A DNA stretch of 64,000 nt, from NCBI RefSeq assembly GCF_001194135.2, contig NC_068981.1, positions 55,725,031 to 55,789,030 on the forward strand. Reading direction: 5' to 3'. Below the pieces are notes generated by a model. That model made no database searches. It was not told where the DNA came from and saw only the letters and a list, made by a program, of their open reading frames with translations. Every line of letters starts with the position of its first letter. The first letter of the stretch is position 1. Made by a program: the position numbers and the translations under genes. Shown piece after piece: positions 49,598-63,599 of the stretch. Source of the DNA: Octopus bimaculoides. Taxonomy: Eukaryota.

Positions 49598-51180
49598 CTA
49601 ATGGTCGGAGGTCGTGCTTCACCACCTCATCCCAGGTCTTCCTGGGCCTGCCTCTTCCTTGGGTTCCCTCAACCGCTAGGGTGTGGCACTTTTTCACACA
49701 GCTATCCTCATCCATTCTTGCCACATGTCCATACCAACGCAATCGTCTCTTGCACACCACAACTGATGCTTCTTAGGTTCAACTTTTCTCTCAAGGTACT
49801 TACACTCTGTGGGGTATGCACACTGACATTACACATCCATCGGAGCATACTGGCTTCATTCCTTTTGAGCTTACGCATGTCCTCAGCAGTCACGGCCCAT
49901 GTTTCACTGCCATGTAGCATGGCTGTTCGTACACATGTGTCATACAGTCTGCCTATGACAGCACAGTTTTCTCTCATGTACTGACTTGCAATCTGAAATA
50001 CTTAAGTTCTTTGGTCCTCATGTCGCTTCTTCTTTTCCGTTACTCCCTTGGCTATATATACCTGTCTCCTAGCTTCCCTTTTGGCTATTTGATACACTCC
50101 TCTGCTACCCCCACTCTTCCAGGCCTGTTTCTTTGCTGTAATGGCCCTGTCTACAGTATTGTTCCACCACCATGTTACTCTAGGTCTGGAAATGACTTTG
50201 CACCAGCCACAGATTTGGTCTGTGGTGCTCAGCAAGCTGTCTCACAGGAATTCCCAGCTGACTTCTATGTCACAAGACTGTAGCTCCTCCTCTTTCTCAT
50301 CAAATTTCTCGGTAAGAATATCCCTAAAATCTCTGACCATGTGAAGGGTTCTGTAGCTTCCATGTCTTTTTCCAGATTGGTCTGCTTTTTGGTATCCTTC
50401 TGACCTCAAGTCTAAAGTCACTAATAACTAGTCTATGCTGGTGGGGTACATTTTTCATCAGAGAGGGTCTTTGTATTTAAGAGCAACCATGCTTCCTGCT
50501 GTCTGGTGAGAATGAAATCAATCTGGCTAGCAGAATCGCCTGATTGATAGGTTATCAGGTGGCTGGCTTCCTGAAAGTGGTGTCGCAGATCAATAGGTTA
50601 TTTGCATCGCAGAACTCCAGGAGCCCAATTCCCTCTTTATTTCTGCTATCAACTCCATGGCCCCCATGTACACACCATGGAAGATACCAGGTTGCTGTCT
50701 GACATGCCCATTAAAATCTCCAGCTGCAAAGATAAGATCATTGTTAATCGTCTTTGAAGTAGCTTGCAGAAGAATATGAAAGTGAACCTTCTGTTCATTT
50801 GGTAGTCCCGCTTGTGGGGCTTAGTCAGAGATAATTGTAGCTATACCATTCTGCAAGACTAACCTGAGTTTAAGTACTCTATCGCACACCCTCACTACCT
50901 CTATGACCTTATCCACACATTTCTCTACAAGAAGTATGCCTATACCCCGTATTCCATCACTATTACCTTCCCAGAAGAGTTTATACCTATGTGCTTTGCC
51001 TGTGAGGACTCTGGTTGAAGTTCTTCTTTACCTTACCTTTTTTATACAACATATATCCACATGTCTCTGTTCAAGCATCTCTTCAATCTCGCTAGACCTA
51101 CCTTTCAATGTACCTACATTTACAGTACCAACTCTGAAAACCAGGAAAGAGATATGGGTGGTAACAGGAAGTTGAGATGT
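49598..51180 (-). mobile_element. RTE LINE copy with AP-endonuclease region, linker and C-terminus but lacking the RT core
   Basis: LKVGTVNVGTLKGRS...; AGDFNGH; GLLEFCDAN; WWWNNTVDRAI; then a jump near 49965-49995 to GRLYDTCVRTAMLHGSETW and WYGHVARMDEDSCVKKC. Confidence 0.85.
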
Positions 51181-51437
51181 TATTCAGAACCTGTCTTATA
51201 ATCCACTAGAAAAGCATAAATGGGCTTCCTGCCATGTCTTGACACACTATGCAGTCTTTGTGAACAAAAGAAGGCCATAACTATGTCTCAACTCTTTTGT
51301 TGCTCAGTAGGCTAGAGAATTATTTCCTTGCTTGAAAGTAGGTGAGGCGTGTGAGAGGAAGGCTAACCATAAAAATCTGCATTAATGAATCCTGTCTGTC
51401 TCATGCAAGCATTGAAAACAGGACATTAAAATGATGT

Positions 51438-51515
<78 letters not shown>

Positions 51516-52599
51516 TTATTCCACTGTAAAATGGTTGGTATTAGGAAGGGCATCCAGCTGTAGAAACCATGCCACAGTTAACACTGGAGCTTGGTGCAGC
51601 CCTGCATCTCACTGAATCCTGTCAAACTATCCAACCCATGCCAGCATGAAAGGTGATCATATTTGATAGCAAATCAACAGCCTCAATACATACATACATA
51701 TAGACAGGCTCATACACACATGCATTCATGCCTGCCTACCTTCCCCTGCCTTCCTTTCCTCCTTCCTTTTTCCTTCCTTCCTTCCAAGTTTTGGCCTGTT
51801 AGCTTTTGTCTGATTACAGAGTGAGAGAGAGAGAGAGAGAGAGTGTGTGTGTGTGTGTGTGTGTTCAGGCTAAATTTGATGGTCTTTTTACATCTCCTTT
51901 CTGCAGGAACAGCTTGATGAACTGCAACTGTATTGGAGAGCATAAAGTTCAAAGTTGTAGTTGAGAAAAAGTTAGCTGACATGGATGAGAGGTGACCAGA
52001 GGGAGAGTGTGTTGGCTAGTAATACAGATATAAGATATGGGTATATTGAATATTGGTTTCAAATTATGGCACAAGACTGGTAATTTCGGGAGAGTGGGTC
52101 AGTCAGTTACATTGACCCCAGTGCTCAACTGGTTCTTATTTTATCAACCCCAGAAGGACGAAAGGCAAAGCTAACCTTGGCAGAATTTGAACTTAGAAGG
52201 TAAAGACAAGACAGACAAAATGTCACTTAGCATTTTGCCTGGCATGCTAACAATTCTACCAGCTCACCACCTTTTGGATATATTGAATATTAACAGATCC
52301 AAACCATTGTTACCCAAGCTATGTAATGGGAGGAAGAAAAGTCTTGAGTGATACAAGTGATGAATGGGTTGGGGATTGAGTCTCAGTTGATCTGGTGTTT
52401 CTCTTACATAAGGTGGGGGTGGGGAAATAAGTTACAGTAGATAGGAAAGGCACAGTAGAGAGATGAGAGGGCGTTGAATAGACAAGACAGGGAGCAAGTA
52501 TGATAAGAGGTGAAGGACCCAGATGTACATATTTCAGCCTTGCACCCATTTTGATGTACATTTTTCTGTGCTTGCACAAGTAGTTAGCTCTTCTTCAAC

Positions 52600-53140
52600 A
52601 TCACATATTGCCAATCAACATGGGCCTTTGCCATGTTCTTTGTGAGATGCAACATCTTGAAATCAGCCTTCATCATTTTATCCCAAGTCTTCCTCAGTTT
52701 CCCTCTTCCACAGATTGCATTCACTTGGCATGTCTTTATGCAGCTTTATATTTTATATGTGGTATATACTTACCATTGTAGTCTTCTTTCTTACACTTTA
52801 CACCTGATTCTCTTAATATCTAGTTTTTCTTACAACTCATTTATACTCTGTCATTCATACACACTAACATTACACAATCTGCATAGAACGCTCACTTCAT
52901 TTCTTTCTACCCTTAATAAATTCTCTGCATTCAAGACCTTCACCTCCCTATCATGCAGATTCACATTTCATTCATATGCATCATGTAATCAGCTCTTCAC
53001 TCTGAGGGAAGTGTTGCCAACTGATGTTAAAGCTCCAATAACATTTTTCAACCCATTCTTATTCTGGTTACTTTGCTTTTGGAACACCTGTCCTACTGCT
53101 AATCGAGTCACCTGGGCAACAGAAGCTATTAACTATTTCT
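52600..53140 (-). mobile_element. Older, diverged RTE C-terminal fragment
   Basis: Minus strand aaatagttaatagcttctgttgcccaggtgac...cttccctcagagtgaag...gattacatgatgcat is homologous to the EVVDSFCYLGD...LSLRVKGRLYDAC region. Confidence 0.6.
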
Positions 53141-54861
53141 AGAAAGATACCTAGAAAAGTATAAAATGAAAATTCTCGATATCTCTATTCAGTGCTTTCT
53201 GAACATCATGTGAAAAAAAAAAAAAAGAAAAAAATTTTAAACTGCAATTTATGGTTGAAGGGAGATTATTTTAAAATGATTTTTAAGAATGTAGCTCTTT
53301 AGTAATGGACCTTTTTATAGTTAATTTAAAGGAAACAAATGCTTATTGTTCAGTTTGATATGAAAGATAAAAAAAGAAAGAAAAAATAAATTAATTAAAA
53401 AAAGAAATAAAAATAAAATAAAAAAGAAAGGAAATAAAAAATATAAGAATGCAAGGAAAAGTGAAGAAAAGTAAAGGCAAAAGAGAAGCATATATTAAAA
53501 AATTCTGCATGGGTTTCACCCAGTTAGATAAAATGAAATTAATGTTTTCACTTACAAAATGCCTCAGACATGATATTTAAATATCATTGTTGCAGTGAGT
53601 TTTTTAGGATCAGTCTTTTTTCCACAGTGCAGAGGTCAGATCTTTCGCTGTTATTTACATATTATAGCTCACAGGTTTTTATTTTAAAGACCTGAAATAA
53701 CTCAAGAGACCTGTTACATTTTGTTTATCAGTGTTTCTGAAAGAAGAGGCATTGTTGTAAAATTTGTATCTGAATGTCATTTTTGTCTTACTAGTATAGA
53801 CTGGCATGGAGATTTGGGCCTGTTAATTAATTTCCATCTCGTATATTATGGGTTTTGCTTTGCATACACTGTGTGTGTGTGTGCAATTATATTTATATAA
53901 ATGACTAACTTCAGTGGATGTAGTAGACTAGTGGATAGGATATAATTTGCTTTTGACTTGTGGTGTAGTTAAATTGAAAATTATTATGTTGCATATTTTG
54001 ACTAATTTAATTATATTAGTAATCCATTTTACTACCTTAGTATACCTGCTTCATCTCGACAAGTATCATTACTTAACCAGAAGAATTTATATCTGTGTTC
54101 TTTACCTGTACATGCATGCACAGAGAGAGAGAGAGAGAGAGAGTGAAGATCATGAGATTAGGCGAAGAACTCTTGAACAACCACTCTGAATGCAGATCTG
54201 TACAATGAATGGACTTGGAAGATAAATACTCATCATGGGTACATATCCCTAAGCTGGGGAATTTTGGCAACATTGATTGTAATATTAGTCTCTCCTGGAC
54301 TTGCAATAAGTTCATCACATTTCATCTAGAAGGCTAAGCCTTTGTTATCCAAGAACAGGAGATAGTTATGAAATATCTGATCAATAAAAGAGATATAAAT
54401 ACCTCTAAACACCTATGCTGTGATAGAAAATGTCAATTATGCCATACCAGTGTAAAAGATATCACTCATATCATCAGTAGCCGCTCATAAATGTCTGCAA
54501 GATACTAACTCCCCATGAAACATGACATTTTTACCAAAATTGTCTACAGTGCTTTACACAAGGATTTTGTCAACAGCTATACCAAAGCTACAACAGAAAT
54601 AGCGAGTATCCACACAACATATATATGTACATATATATATATCTATGTAGGAACATATGCAACTTATACCGCTATGATATATAATGGTATGAATTAGAAC
54701 AGCATGTATAGTGGAAAGACAATAAGATGTAACATTTTAAAAAATGATCTGAAATCAAAGAGAAACTATTGAGTAAAAGATTGGAAATAAAATAATCACA
54801 CAGGGGAGGTGATTGTGCAGAAAGGGAAGAAAGATTATGTGTTTATGTGTGCACTTATATA

Positions 54862-55386
54862 CAGGTTTATTCAAAAAGAATGAACTGATTTCATTATGCA
54901 ATATTTTAATGAGGAAAAGCAATAGAAAACTCCAGCTAAGTCATAAATCAACTTTTATTTCCTGTCTTACAAGTGTTCAATGTGGCCACCACCTGCAGCA
55001 CGGACAACATCAGTGCGATAAGAGAATTCTTCCCAGACGCGTATCAGCATATTACAATCCACTGAGTTGATCGTTGTTGTTATTCGATGTTTAAGGTCAT
55101 TGAGGTTAGTGGGTAGCGGTGGAACATAAGTGCGATCTTTCACATATCCCCACGAGAAAAAATTACACATGGTGAGGTTTGGGGATCTCGCAGGCCAAGT
55201 AGATACGTGTCTCTTATCGCACTGATGTTGCCTGTGCTGCAGGTGGTGGCCACATTGAACACTTGTAAGACAGGAAATAAAAGTTGACTGTGAGTAAATA
55301 CTGGTGATTTAGCTGGAGTTTTCTATTGCTTTTCCTTATTACAATATTGCGTAATGAAATTGGTTCATTCTTTTTGAATAACCTTG
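54862..55386. mobile_element. Fold-back Tc1/mariner derivative (about 165-175-bp inverted arms, transposase C-terminus inside)
   Basis: 54862-55025 is the reverse complement of 55210-55386; TA at the left end; the minus strand encodes WPARSPNLTMCNFFSWGYVKD...RTDVVRAAGGGHIEHL*. Confidence 0.88.
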
Positions 55387-56099
55387 TGTGTGTGTGTGTG
55401 TGTGTACATACTGAAGGTTTTACAAATCTTATGAGTAATTTTGAGAAGATTTTATTGAGAAATTTGTAATTTTAGTGAGTTCTTACACAAGCTGTTCTAC
55501 TGTTCTGAATAGTCATGAAGGTTGATATAGTAAAGACAATGCATTTGTGAAGTTTGTGATTGCCATTTTTTGCTTAGCTCATAGCTTAACATGTCAAAAG
55601 TGTTTCCTGCATGAGAAAACCCATACAACTATGAGATTTGAAGAAAATTATTTTCAAGGAAAAATAAATAATGCAAATTGGCATAAGATACTTCAAATTT
55701 GATATTCATATTCATCTGTGATATTCATAGTAAATTATTTCATTTAAAAGTTTATCTTAAAAAAATATAAAATAGTTCATACAAAAGAGAATCTACACCA
55801 GTGTGATATTTGTAATAAAACATTCCTATGAAAAGAGGGCGTTACCCATCATAAAGTGTTACACTCAGACATGAACTTTTGTAGTAAAGCATATTTTGTA
55901 AAGAAAAGATTACAGTTTGAAAAAGAAATAGCATACTGAAGAGAAATAGTGCAGGAGTGAGTGTTTTTAGCTAAGTTTGCTCTGTTGCAACCATTTGAAC
56001 CAGGCTCTTAGAAGGGATTCCCATGACTTCTCAGTGCACCACCACCATTACATTTCCACAAGATGTCAAAAACTAAAATTAAACCCATTGGTTAATCTT

Positions 56100-56650
56100 T
56101 TTTTTTTTCTCTTCTCTTACACCTTTGGACTTCAGCTCAATCTAGACTTCATAGATCACTTCTTACTTATATGTGAACCACATACCATATTCTTCTTTAA
56201 AAACACAAATAAATTTTACTCTCCCTGCCACTTATCTCTCTCAACCGGGTATCAGCTACAAAATCTTTCACTTACTCTGGGTTAAAGTCTCTTTCCTCCA
56301 CACTGCTACATACATTTGTTTTCTCTACTTTCTCCAGACATAAACACTAACAACTCTTCAACAACATTTTGTCCTGCATTGATGATTTCTATCTCACTTT
56401 GCTACTCTCCAGAGTCATTGTTCTTGCTGATTTCTGTGCTCAAACTCATGGCTCTCAGACTCTTGGTCTTCACACTCATCACATACTAATGCTGTTGGTA
56501 CAAAAACCAAATCTTAGCAACTTTAACCTTTCTATATCAAATTGTTTCATTCCTTGCATGCATTTCTGACTGATTGACATACACACACTTCCAAATACCC
56601 TTGATCGCCCTCCCATCTACAAACCCAACTATGACCTGATTGAGCCCAAA
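56100..56650 (+). mobile_element. Degenerate LINE AP-endonuclease relic (CR1/Jockey-like)
   Basis: SRVIVLADFCAQ resembles the GDFNAH motif region; later HTLPNTLDRPP. Confidence 0.3.
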
Positions 56651-56739
56651 GACATTTAAAGTCAGCTGACTGGTTGGAGCTCCACCAGTTCTATACTATA
56701 TTTCTGATGTGCTTCTCTCTTAATCCTTCTTAAATAGCT

Positions 56740-57770
56740 TGGTAGGTGACAAAAGTAAAGATGGTACCTTAGATAGAAATAATTACAGAGATATCAAATT
56801 CTTGGATCAGGTGATGAATGTTACAGAGTAAGTCATAGCCCAATTATGATAATTAGGGAGAGAGTTAGCTTAGATGTGATAAAGTTTGGTTTTGTGCCAG
56901 GAAAAAGCACCACTGATGCTATATTTCTGGTAAGGAAGCTGCAGGAGAAATACATAGCTAAAGATAAACCTCACTACTTGGCCTTTGTTGACTTGGAGAA
57001 AACCTTTGACAGGGTCTCCCAATCCCTTATCTGGTGGTCAATGCAGAAACTAGGGATAGACGAGTGATTGGTGGGAGCTGCACAAGGGATGCTACCAGTG
57101 AGGTGAGGATTGGCAATGAGTACAGTGAAGGATTCAGGGTACAAGTAGGGATTCACCAAAGATCAGTGCTCAGCCTCCTCTTGTTCATCATAGTCCTCCT
57201 GGTAATAACAGAGGAATTCAAGACAGGCTTCCCCTGGGAGCTCCTCTATGCTGATGACTTTGTTCTTATAGCTGAATCACTACTTGAACTAGAGAAAAAA
57301 ATCCAGGTATGGAAAGCAAGGTCTAGAATCAAAGGACATTAGGGTTAACCTAGCAAAAACCAAAGTCTTACTAAGTAGGAAGGCAGACAAAGTAGGAAAT
57401 CACAAATCCCTTCAGGTAGATGGCCCTGCTTGATCTGTAGAAGAGGTGTAGGTAGAAACTCCATAAGCTGCACCCAGTGTAAGCTTTGGACACATAAAAG
57501 GTGCAGCAATATCAGAGGAAGGTTAACAGGGAAATTAGCCGTTATATGTGGAAGATGCACAGGTACAATAAACACTGAAAATGTGCAGAAAATAGACTCC
57601 ATCAACTGCCAAGGGGGCAAGCTAGAGGTTGTAGATAGCTTCCATAATCTAGGTGATCAAGTTATTAATGGAAGTGGATTCTCTGAGAGTATAGCTGTGA
57701 GAATAAGATTAGGTTGGGCAAAGTTCAGGGAGCTGCTACTCCTGCTTGCAACAAAGGGCCTCTCAGAGTG
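56740..57770 (+). mobile_element. RTE LINE RT fragment with PHD insert
   Basis: FGFVPGKSTTDAIFLVRKLQEKY, FVDLEKTFDRV, PWELLYADDF, WPCLICRRGVGRNSISCTQCKLWTHKRC, EVVDSFHNLGD. Confidence 0.92.
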
Positions 57771-57771
57771 A

Positions 57772-58552
57772 CTTGTTGGCCCAGTTAGGGTGCCTGAAGA
57801 GGTTAAAGTGATCACAGCCACCTACTGCAATCTCCTGAAGGAGGTCTTGGATCCCTGGCTAGATGACATACTGCTGTCACTTCTAAAGAATCTTGTATTC
57901 ATGCATGACAACACTCCCTACCACTCTGCAAGGATTACCCAAACATTTCTAGGGTCTTATGGCATACAAAGTGAAAGGTTGATGGTGTAGCCACTAGCAT
58001 CTTCATATCTCAACCCTATTGAAAATCTTTGGTCCATCATTAAACAAGATGTTTATGCTGATGGATGCCAATTTACATTGAAAGATGTCTTATGGGTGAC
58101 TGTCAAAGCTGCAGGAGAGGCAGTCCAACCTGTTACTATTAAGGAATTGACAGATTCCATGACTAATAGGGTTTTTGAAGTTATCCGTTGAAATGGCGCT
58201 CATGTGGCTAAATAATTATGTCAATAAATGTTATAATATTATTATGGTTTTTTTGTAAAATATATACTCACTGTATGCTTAATATGTATCATTAACCTTC
58301 ATTTTCTGAAAAAAAATGTCTAGATAGGCTATTTTCATTCAAAAGCTATTAGTGTTCAACCAAAAACTGAAAAATCTGAAATAAAAAATAAAGGACGATA
58401 CACAGAATAACGAAAACATAACAATGGTGTTGCCATAGTGTGCCAACCAGCTGGGAAAAGTTTTATCAAAATCAGTTCACAGAAAACCAAGAAATCCTAA
58501 ATTTCACTCCTAAGTTTTTAGCATGCTTCTGGGTGTAGTGTAAAAGTTGGGA
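57772..58552 (+). mobile_element. Tc1-like DNA transposon 3' fragment (DDE C-terminus and probable right end)
   Basis: VFMHDNTPYHSA...*PLASSYLNPIENLWSIIKQDVY...RVFEVIR*NGAHV; ends ...gggtgtagtg-TA. Confidence 0.82.
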
Positions 58553-59712
58553 AGAAAGTTTTCTGTAATATACGATAATTAACTCATTATGTAGACTGAG
58601 AAACATTCTGCATATTTTATAGTTTGTATATAGTTTATTTTAAATGTTTGACATTTTTATCAAATTACCTCTACTATTTTTTATCAAATTACCTGTTAGA
58701 TTAGTCATATGAAGAAGAATGTTGCTTCCAAGAGTATCCTAATATTAATTGTAACTAAACCTTAAGTATAGAATGAAAAAAATTCATGTCAATAAATCTA
58801 GGTTAGCTTTCTTAGATTGTTTGGACAGCACTGAAGTTTTTATCTTTATGTCATGTTTCAGGAGAGGATGTAATGAAATTCATCTCTCAATTCCTTCTCC
58901 AGGTCAATGATGCAATTTGAATTCCAAACTACAAACTATCAAATTACTTATTTATTACACATGCTCTTGTTGGTTATAACTGACAGTTGTGTCTTCATAT
59001 GCTGTACATTTACTAATAAATGAACTGATTTATTGGGGGTTAAGTATCTTTCTCAAGAACATGATACAGTACCAATGTTGAGAATTGTACCATCAATCTT
59101 TTCTCAATTCCTCCAGTGGCAAGTTTCTATTTGGTATTAATAATTTGAAACCAAAAAATAGAAATCTTGTCTAAACACAAAGTAATAGCATGTTTACTCA
59201 ACATGTTTATTAAATCTAAGATGGCAAGCTGGCAGAATTGCTAACTTACTGGGCAAAATGTTTAACAATATTTCGTCTCTCTATGTTTGGAGATTAAATT
59301 CCACTAAGGTCACCTTTCCCTTTCAACCTTTTGGAGTTGATAAAGGTAGTACCAATTGAGCACTGGGGTTGATGTAATCAACTTACACCCTCCCCCAAAC
59401 TTAAATCATAAATACTGAATAAAAGTGAACTTTTGAAAATCTTCCTACTCAATATAATAGGTGAATGAATTATTTTTTGTTTTGATTGATTTTGACAAAA
59501 GATGTAATGAAATCAACATAGTTATTATTAGTTGGACAAACACACTTTAGAAGGTGAAACTATATATATCTTGTCTCTAACAGGTTAGAAAACCAATGCT
59601 AAATGTCACCTATCAAGTTCCTCAATATGCTGTCTATAATGAAAGTGATAGGATGATATTTAATGATATTTACAAGTGAAAGTAAAATGAATCAATATAT
59701 CAATATAATATG

Positions 59713-59769
<57 letters not shown>

Positions 59770-60588
59770 NNNNNNNNNNNNNNNNNNNNNNNNNNNNNNN
59801 NNNNNNNNNNNNNNNNNNNNNNNNNNNNNNNNNNNNNNNNNNNNNNNNNNNNNNNNNNNNNNNNNNNNNNNNNNNNNNNNNNNNNNNNNNNNNNNNNNNN
59901 NNNNNNNNNNNNNNNNNNNNNNNNNNNNNNNNNNNNNNNNNNNNNNNNNNNNNNNNNNNNNNNNNNNNNNNNNNNNNNNNNNNNNNNNNNNNNNNNNNNN
60001 NNNNNNNNNNNNNNNNNNNNNNNNNNNNNNNNNNNNNNNNNNNNNNNNNNNNNNNNTATATATATAAAGAGAGAGAGAGAGAGAGAAAGAGAGAGAGCAG
60101 TCTGTGAGAATTATAGCTATTTAACTGCTTCTGCTAGAGCATTGTGAATTCACACATTTCAGTGTAGTGTGTTATTGCAACTTATATGACTGGAAGGCTC
60201 AGCAACTGATGAAAACAGTATAAAACTACTGATATTCTGTATTCAGCTATTAAGCGCTGCTCCATGTAGAACAATCGGCTGCATCTCAAACACTAAGTTT
60301 ACTAAGAGTTATTCAACTTAGTCCTCATGGCAAGAATGTAAGGGTTTCTGGGCTTGTGAGATCGGGTTAGAGCTTTATTTATCAATGCCAACTCAGGGAA
60401 GTTTCCTTACTTGTCATCATCAAGGTGTTTCTGGATATGTGTTGTTGTATCTTTATATTTGTCATTGTATTGTATTTGCCATTTTCATTACTTTAATTTA
60501 TGATTGTATGTTGTAATGTAAATGATTTAAATTAAAATATCTTTATCATTAGTTTCTGATGTTATATGTAAATATCTATCTATCTATC

Positions 60589-60630
<42 letters not shown>

Positions 60631-62400
60631 TATATCTATGCATTTCCTTACAACTTGAAATGTGTACTACTTTTGATGTATATTCTTATTTAGGCTCAAA
60701 TTATCTGACTGTTGTCAGACAAGTCACTTGACTTTTCATGATCTGATGCATCTAAGAACAGATGATCAGTTATATATGTCATCAGTGGGATCCAGTTTTC
60801 CTTCTTGATTCTCACCTGAAAGATGAAGAGCTGAATTTGCAATTATAAATGAATGGAACTCTCCTCACTTTTACAGTGTACTGCTGCTACTTGCATTACA
60901 AACTATTGAATCTCTTTGTTTCTCTCTACACCTAGGTGGACTGAACTGTTGTATTTTTTTAAAAGCTCTATTGCTAAAGCTGTCTGTGGAAATCATATTT
61001 GTATTTAATTTATATGCATGAGAATAGATACATAAAACAAAATATACAAATCTGCAGGTATACATACATACATACATAAATTCCCTGCTGATGTTGGTGA
61101 AATTCTAATGAAGGAGCCTTGGATATAGGTTAGAAACTAGCTCTTTCTCTATTGGTGAGAAATCTTGAAATAAAAAACTGAATAATGATATACATACATG
61201 TAAGTATGTATGTCTAGATGTATCTGTGTGTGTGTTTGAATTGACACAATCATGTTGTAGTCACATTATTTATATCCTGCATAAACTAAATATCCAGTAC
61301 CTCAGTGGTCCAATGTGAAAAGAGGTGGATTGAAATACCTTATTTAAAAAGCGAGGCATGGTGTCATGATGGGCATGCAGCCATAGAATATGGCCTCAAG
61401 AAATCTCCTTCAAGCAGCAACAGTAAAAGTAAACATAAAAATGGAGAAGAGGATGATAGTGATGGTGATGATGGTTGTGGTGGTGGTTGTGTTGGTGTGT
61501 GTGTGTGTGTGTGTGTGTTTAAATATAAATGAGTAGTATTTTGAAATCAGACTGGTATACCTATTGAAATAAAAATTTGACATTTGATTAAAAAGAAAAT
61601 TTATTGGAGTAATGAGAGAAATAAAAAATGAAAGCACTGTGAAGCAGTAAAAGATTTCTTGTCTCCCAATATAAAACGCACGCACACACACACANNNNNN
61701 NNNNNNNNNNNNNNNNNNNNNNNNNNNNNNNNNNNNNNNNNNNNNNNNNNNNNNNNNNNNNNNNNNNNNNNNNNNNNNNNNNNNNNNNNNNNNNNNNNNN
61801 NNNNNNNNNNNNNNNNNNNNNNNNNNNNNNNNNNNNNNNNNNNNNNNNNNNNNNNNNNNNNNNNNNNNNNNNNNNNNNNNNNNNNNNNNNNNNNNNNNNN
61901 NNNNNNNNNNNNNNNNNNNNNNNNNNNNNNNNNNNNNNNNNNNNNNNNNNNNNNNNNNNNNNNNNNNNNNNNNNNNNNNNNNNNNNNNNNNNNNNNNNNN
62001 NNNNNNNNNNNNNNNNNNNNNNNNNNNNNNNNNNNNNNNNNNNNNNNNNNNNNNNNNNNNNNNNNNNNNNNNNNNNNNNNNNNNNNNNNNNNNNNNNNNN
62101 NNNNNNNNNNNNNNNNNNNNNNNNNNNNNNNNNNNNNNNNNNNNNNNNNNNNNNNNNNNNNNNNNNNNNNNNNNNNNNNNNNNNNNNNNNNNNNNNNNNN
62201 NNNNNNNNNNNNNNNNNNNNNNNNNNNNNNNNNNNNNNNNNNNNNNNNNNNNNNNNNNNNNNNNNNNNNNNNNNNNNNNNNNNNNNNNNNNNNNNNNNNN
62301 NNNNNNNNNNNNNNNNNNNNNNNNNNNNNNNNNNNNNNNNNNNNNNNNNNNNNNNNNNNNNNNNNNNNNNNNNNNNNNNNNNNNNNNNNNNNNNNNNNNN

Positions 62401-62514
<114 letters not shown>

Positions 62515-62744
62515 CTACTTTCTTATCACTTAAAGACGTGAAGTATATAACCTCATCATCGTTTAACATCTGTATTACATATTGGCATGGGTTGGACAGT
62601 TCAGCAAGATTCAATGAACTAGGAGACTATGTTAAAATCCATTGTCTACTTTGGCATGGTTTCTCCAGTTGCTTTTCCTAAGGCCCACCGTTTTACACAT
62701 GGTACAGGGTGCTTTTTTCATGACATCTGCATTAGTGTGATCAC

Positions 62745-63560
62745 CTAGTAACTTATAAGACAAGATCGCTGAACAGAATGAGGGTGCTGTATTAAGAGAG
62801 GTGGTGTTGAAAGGCTAAAACCTAATGGAGGGATAGGAACAGGTGTCTTGTTGTTGAAGAGATATATGGCTACCTCAGCAGGAAAGGGAGAAAAGATGGA
62901 GGTGGTGTCCCAGGACGTACAATCAGGATACAAGAAGGTGGATAAAGGGAGGATAGGGACAAAGAATTGAGGATGGCCGAGTAGGTAGGTAGATGTGTCA
63001 GAATTTGAAAAGAGATTGACAGTCAGATGAAGATAGAGGTGAACACAGTGAATGATGAACATGGATAGAGGTATGGATAATGGTGAATCTCAGTTTGGGG
63101 GAAGGTAAAGGAAACTAGGAATAGATTGGGGAGGAGGATGTGATATGTGGCAATATATGAAATAGTGTGGTGGTGGACAGCAACAGTATAATAAAAATGT
63201 AGACAGATGCGAAATGGGGAGATGATGTGAAATGTGGTGAAAAGAGAAGGTGCATACTAACAGATATGGTGGTCAGCAGCACATTGGGGGTGGATATAGT
63301 GAGTAAACAAAGTGGGAGGACTGATGCCGATGGCAGTTATGAAAGGGTGTTCAGGAGAAAAGAGACATTTAGTGGAATAAAGTAGAAAGGGATGATACTG
63401 AGAATGGAGGATGAGTGACAAGGGAAGTGATTCTAAAGAAAGGGACAACAAGTAGTACAAAAAGCAAGAGTGAAATATATGCAATTCTACTCTCATATAA
63501 TGACAGCTTATGAGGAAATAGCACCATAGTTAACAGGGTGAAAAGAAGGTGGGTGTTATG
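62745..63560 (-). mobile_element. Highly degenerate Penelope-like RT relic (purine-rich plus strand); similar relics at about 11330-11520, 43950-44440, 52300-52580
   Basis: Minus-strand fragments such as DTSTYLLGHP...STFLYPDC and KMGARL...GPS weakly recall PLE motifs TDxHxYL...SSHP and AMGxRxGPS. Confidence 0.35.
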
Positions 63561-63599
63561 CTGCTGAGTATACTCTCACCCCATATATATATATCATCA

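Noticed and set aside
53600-59700. Candidate next GLYCTK exons at acceptor-like sites near 53628, 58862 and 59584
   Set aside because: The required phase hits stop codons quickly and shows no similarity to the expected FEGAxxNxPD segment.
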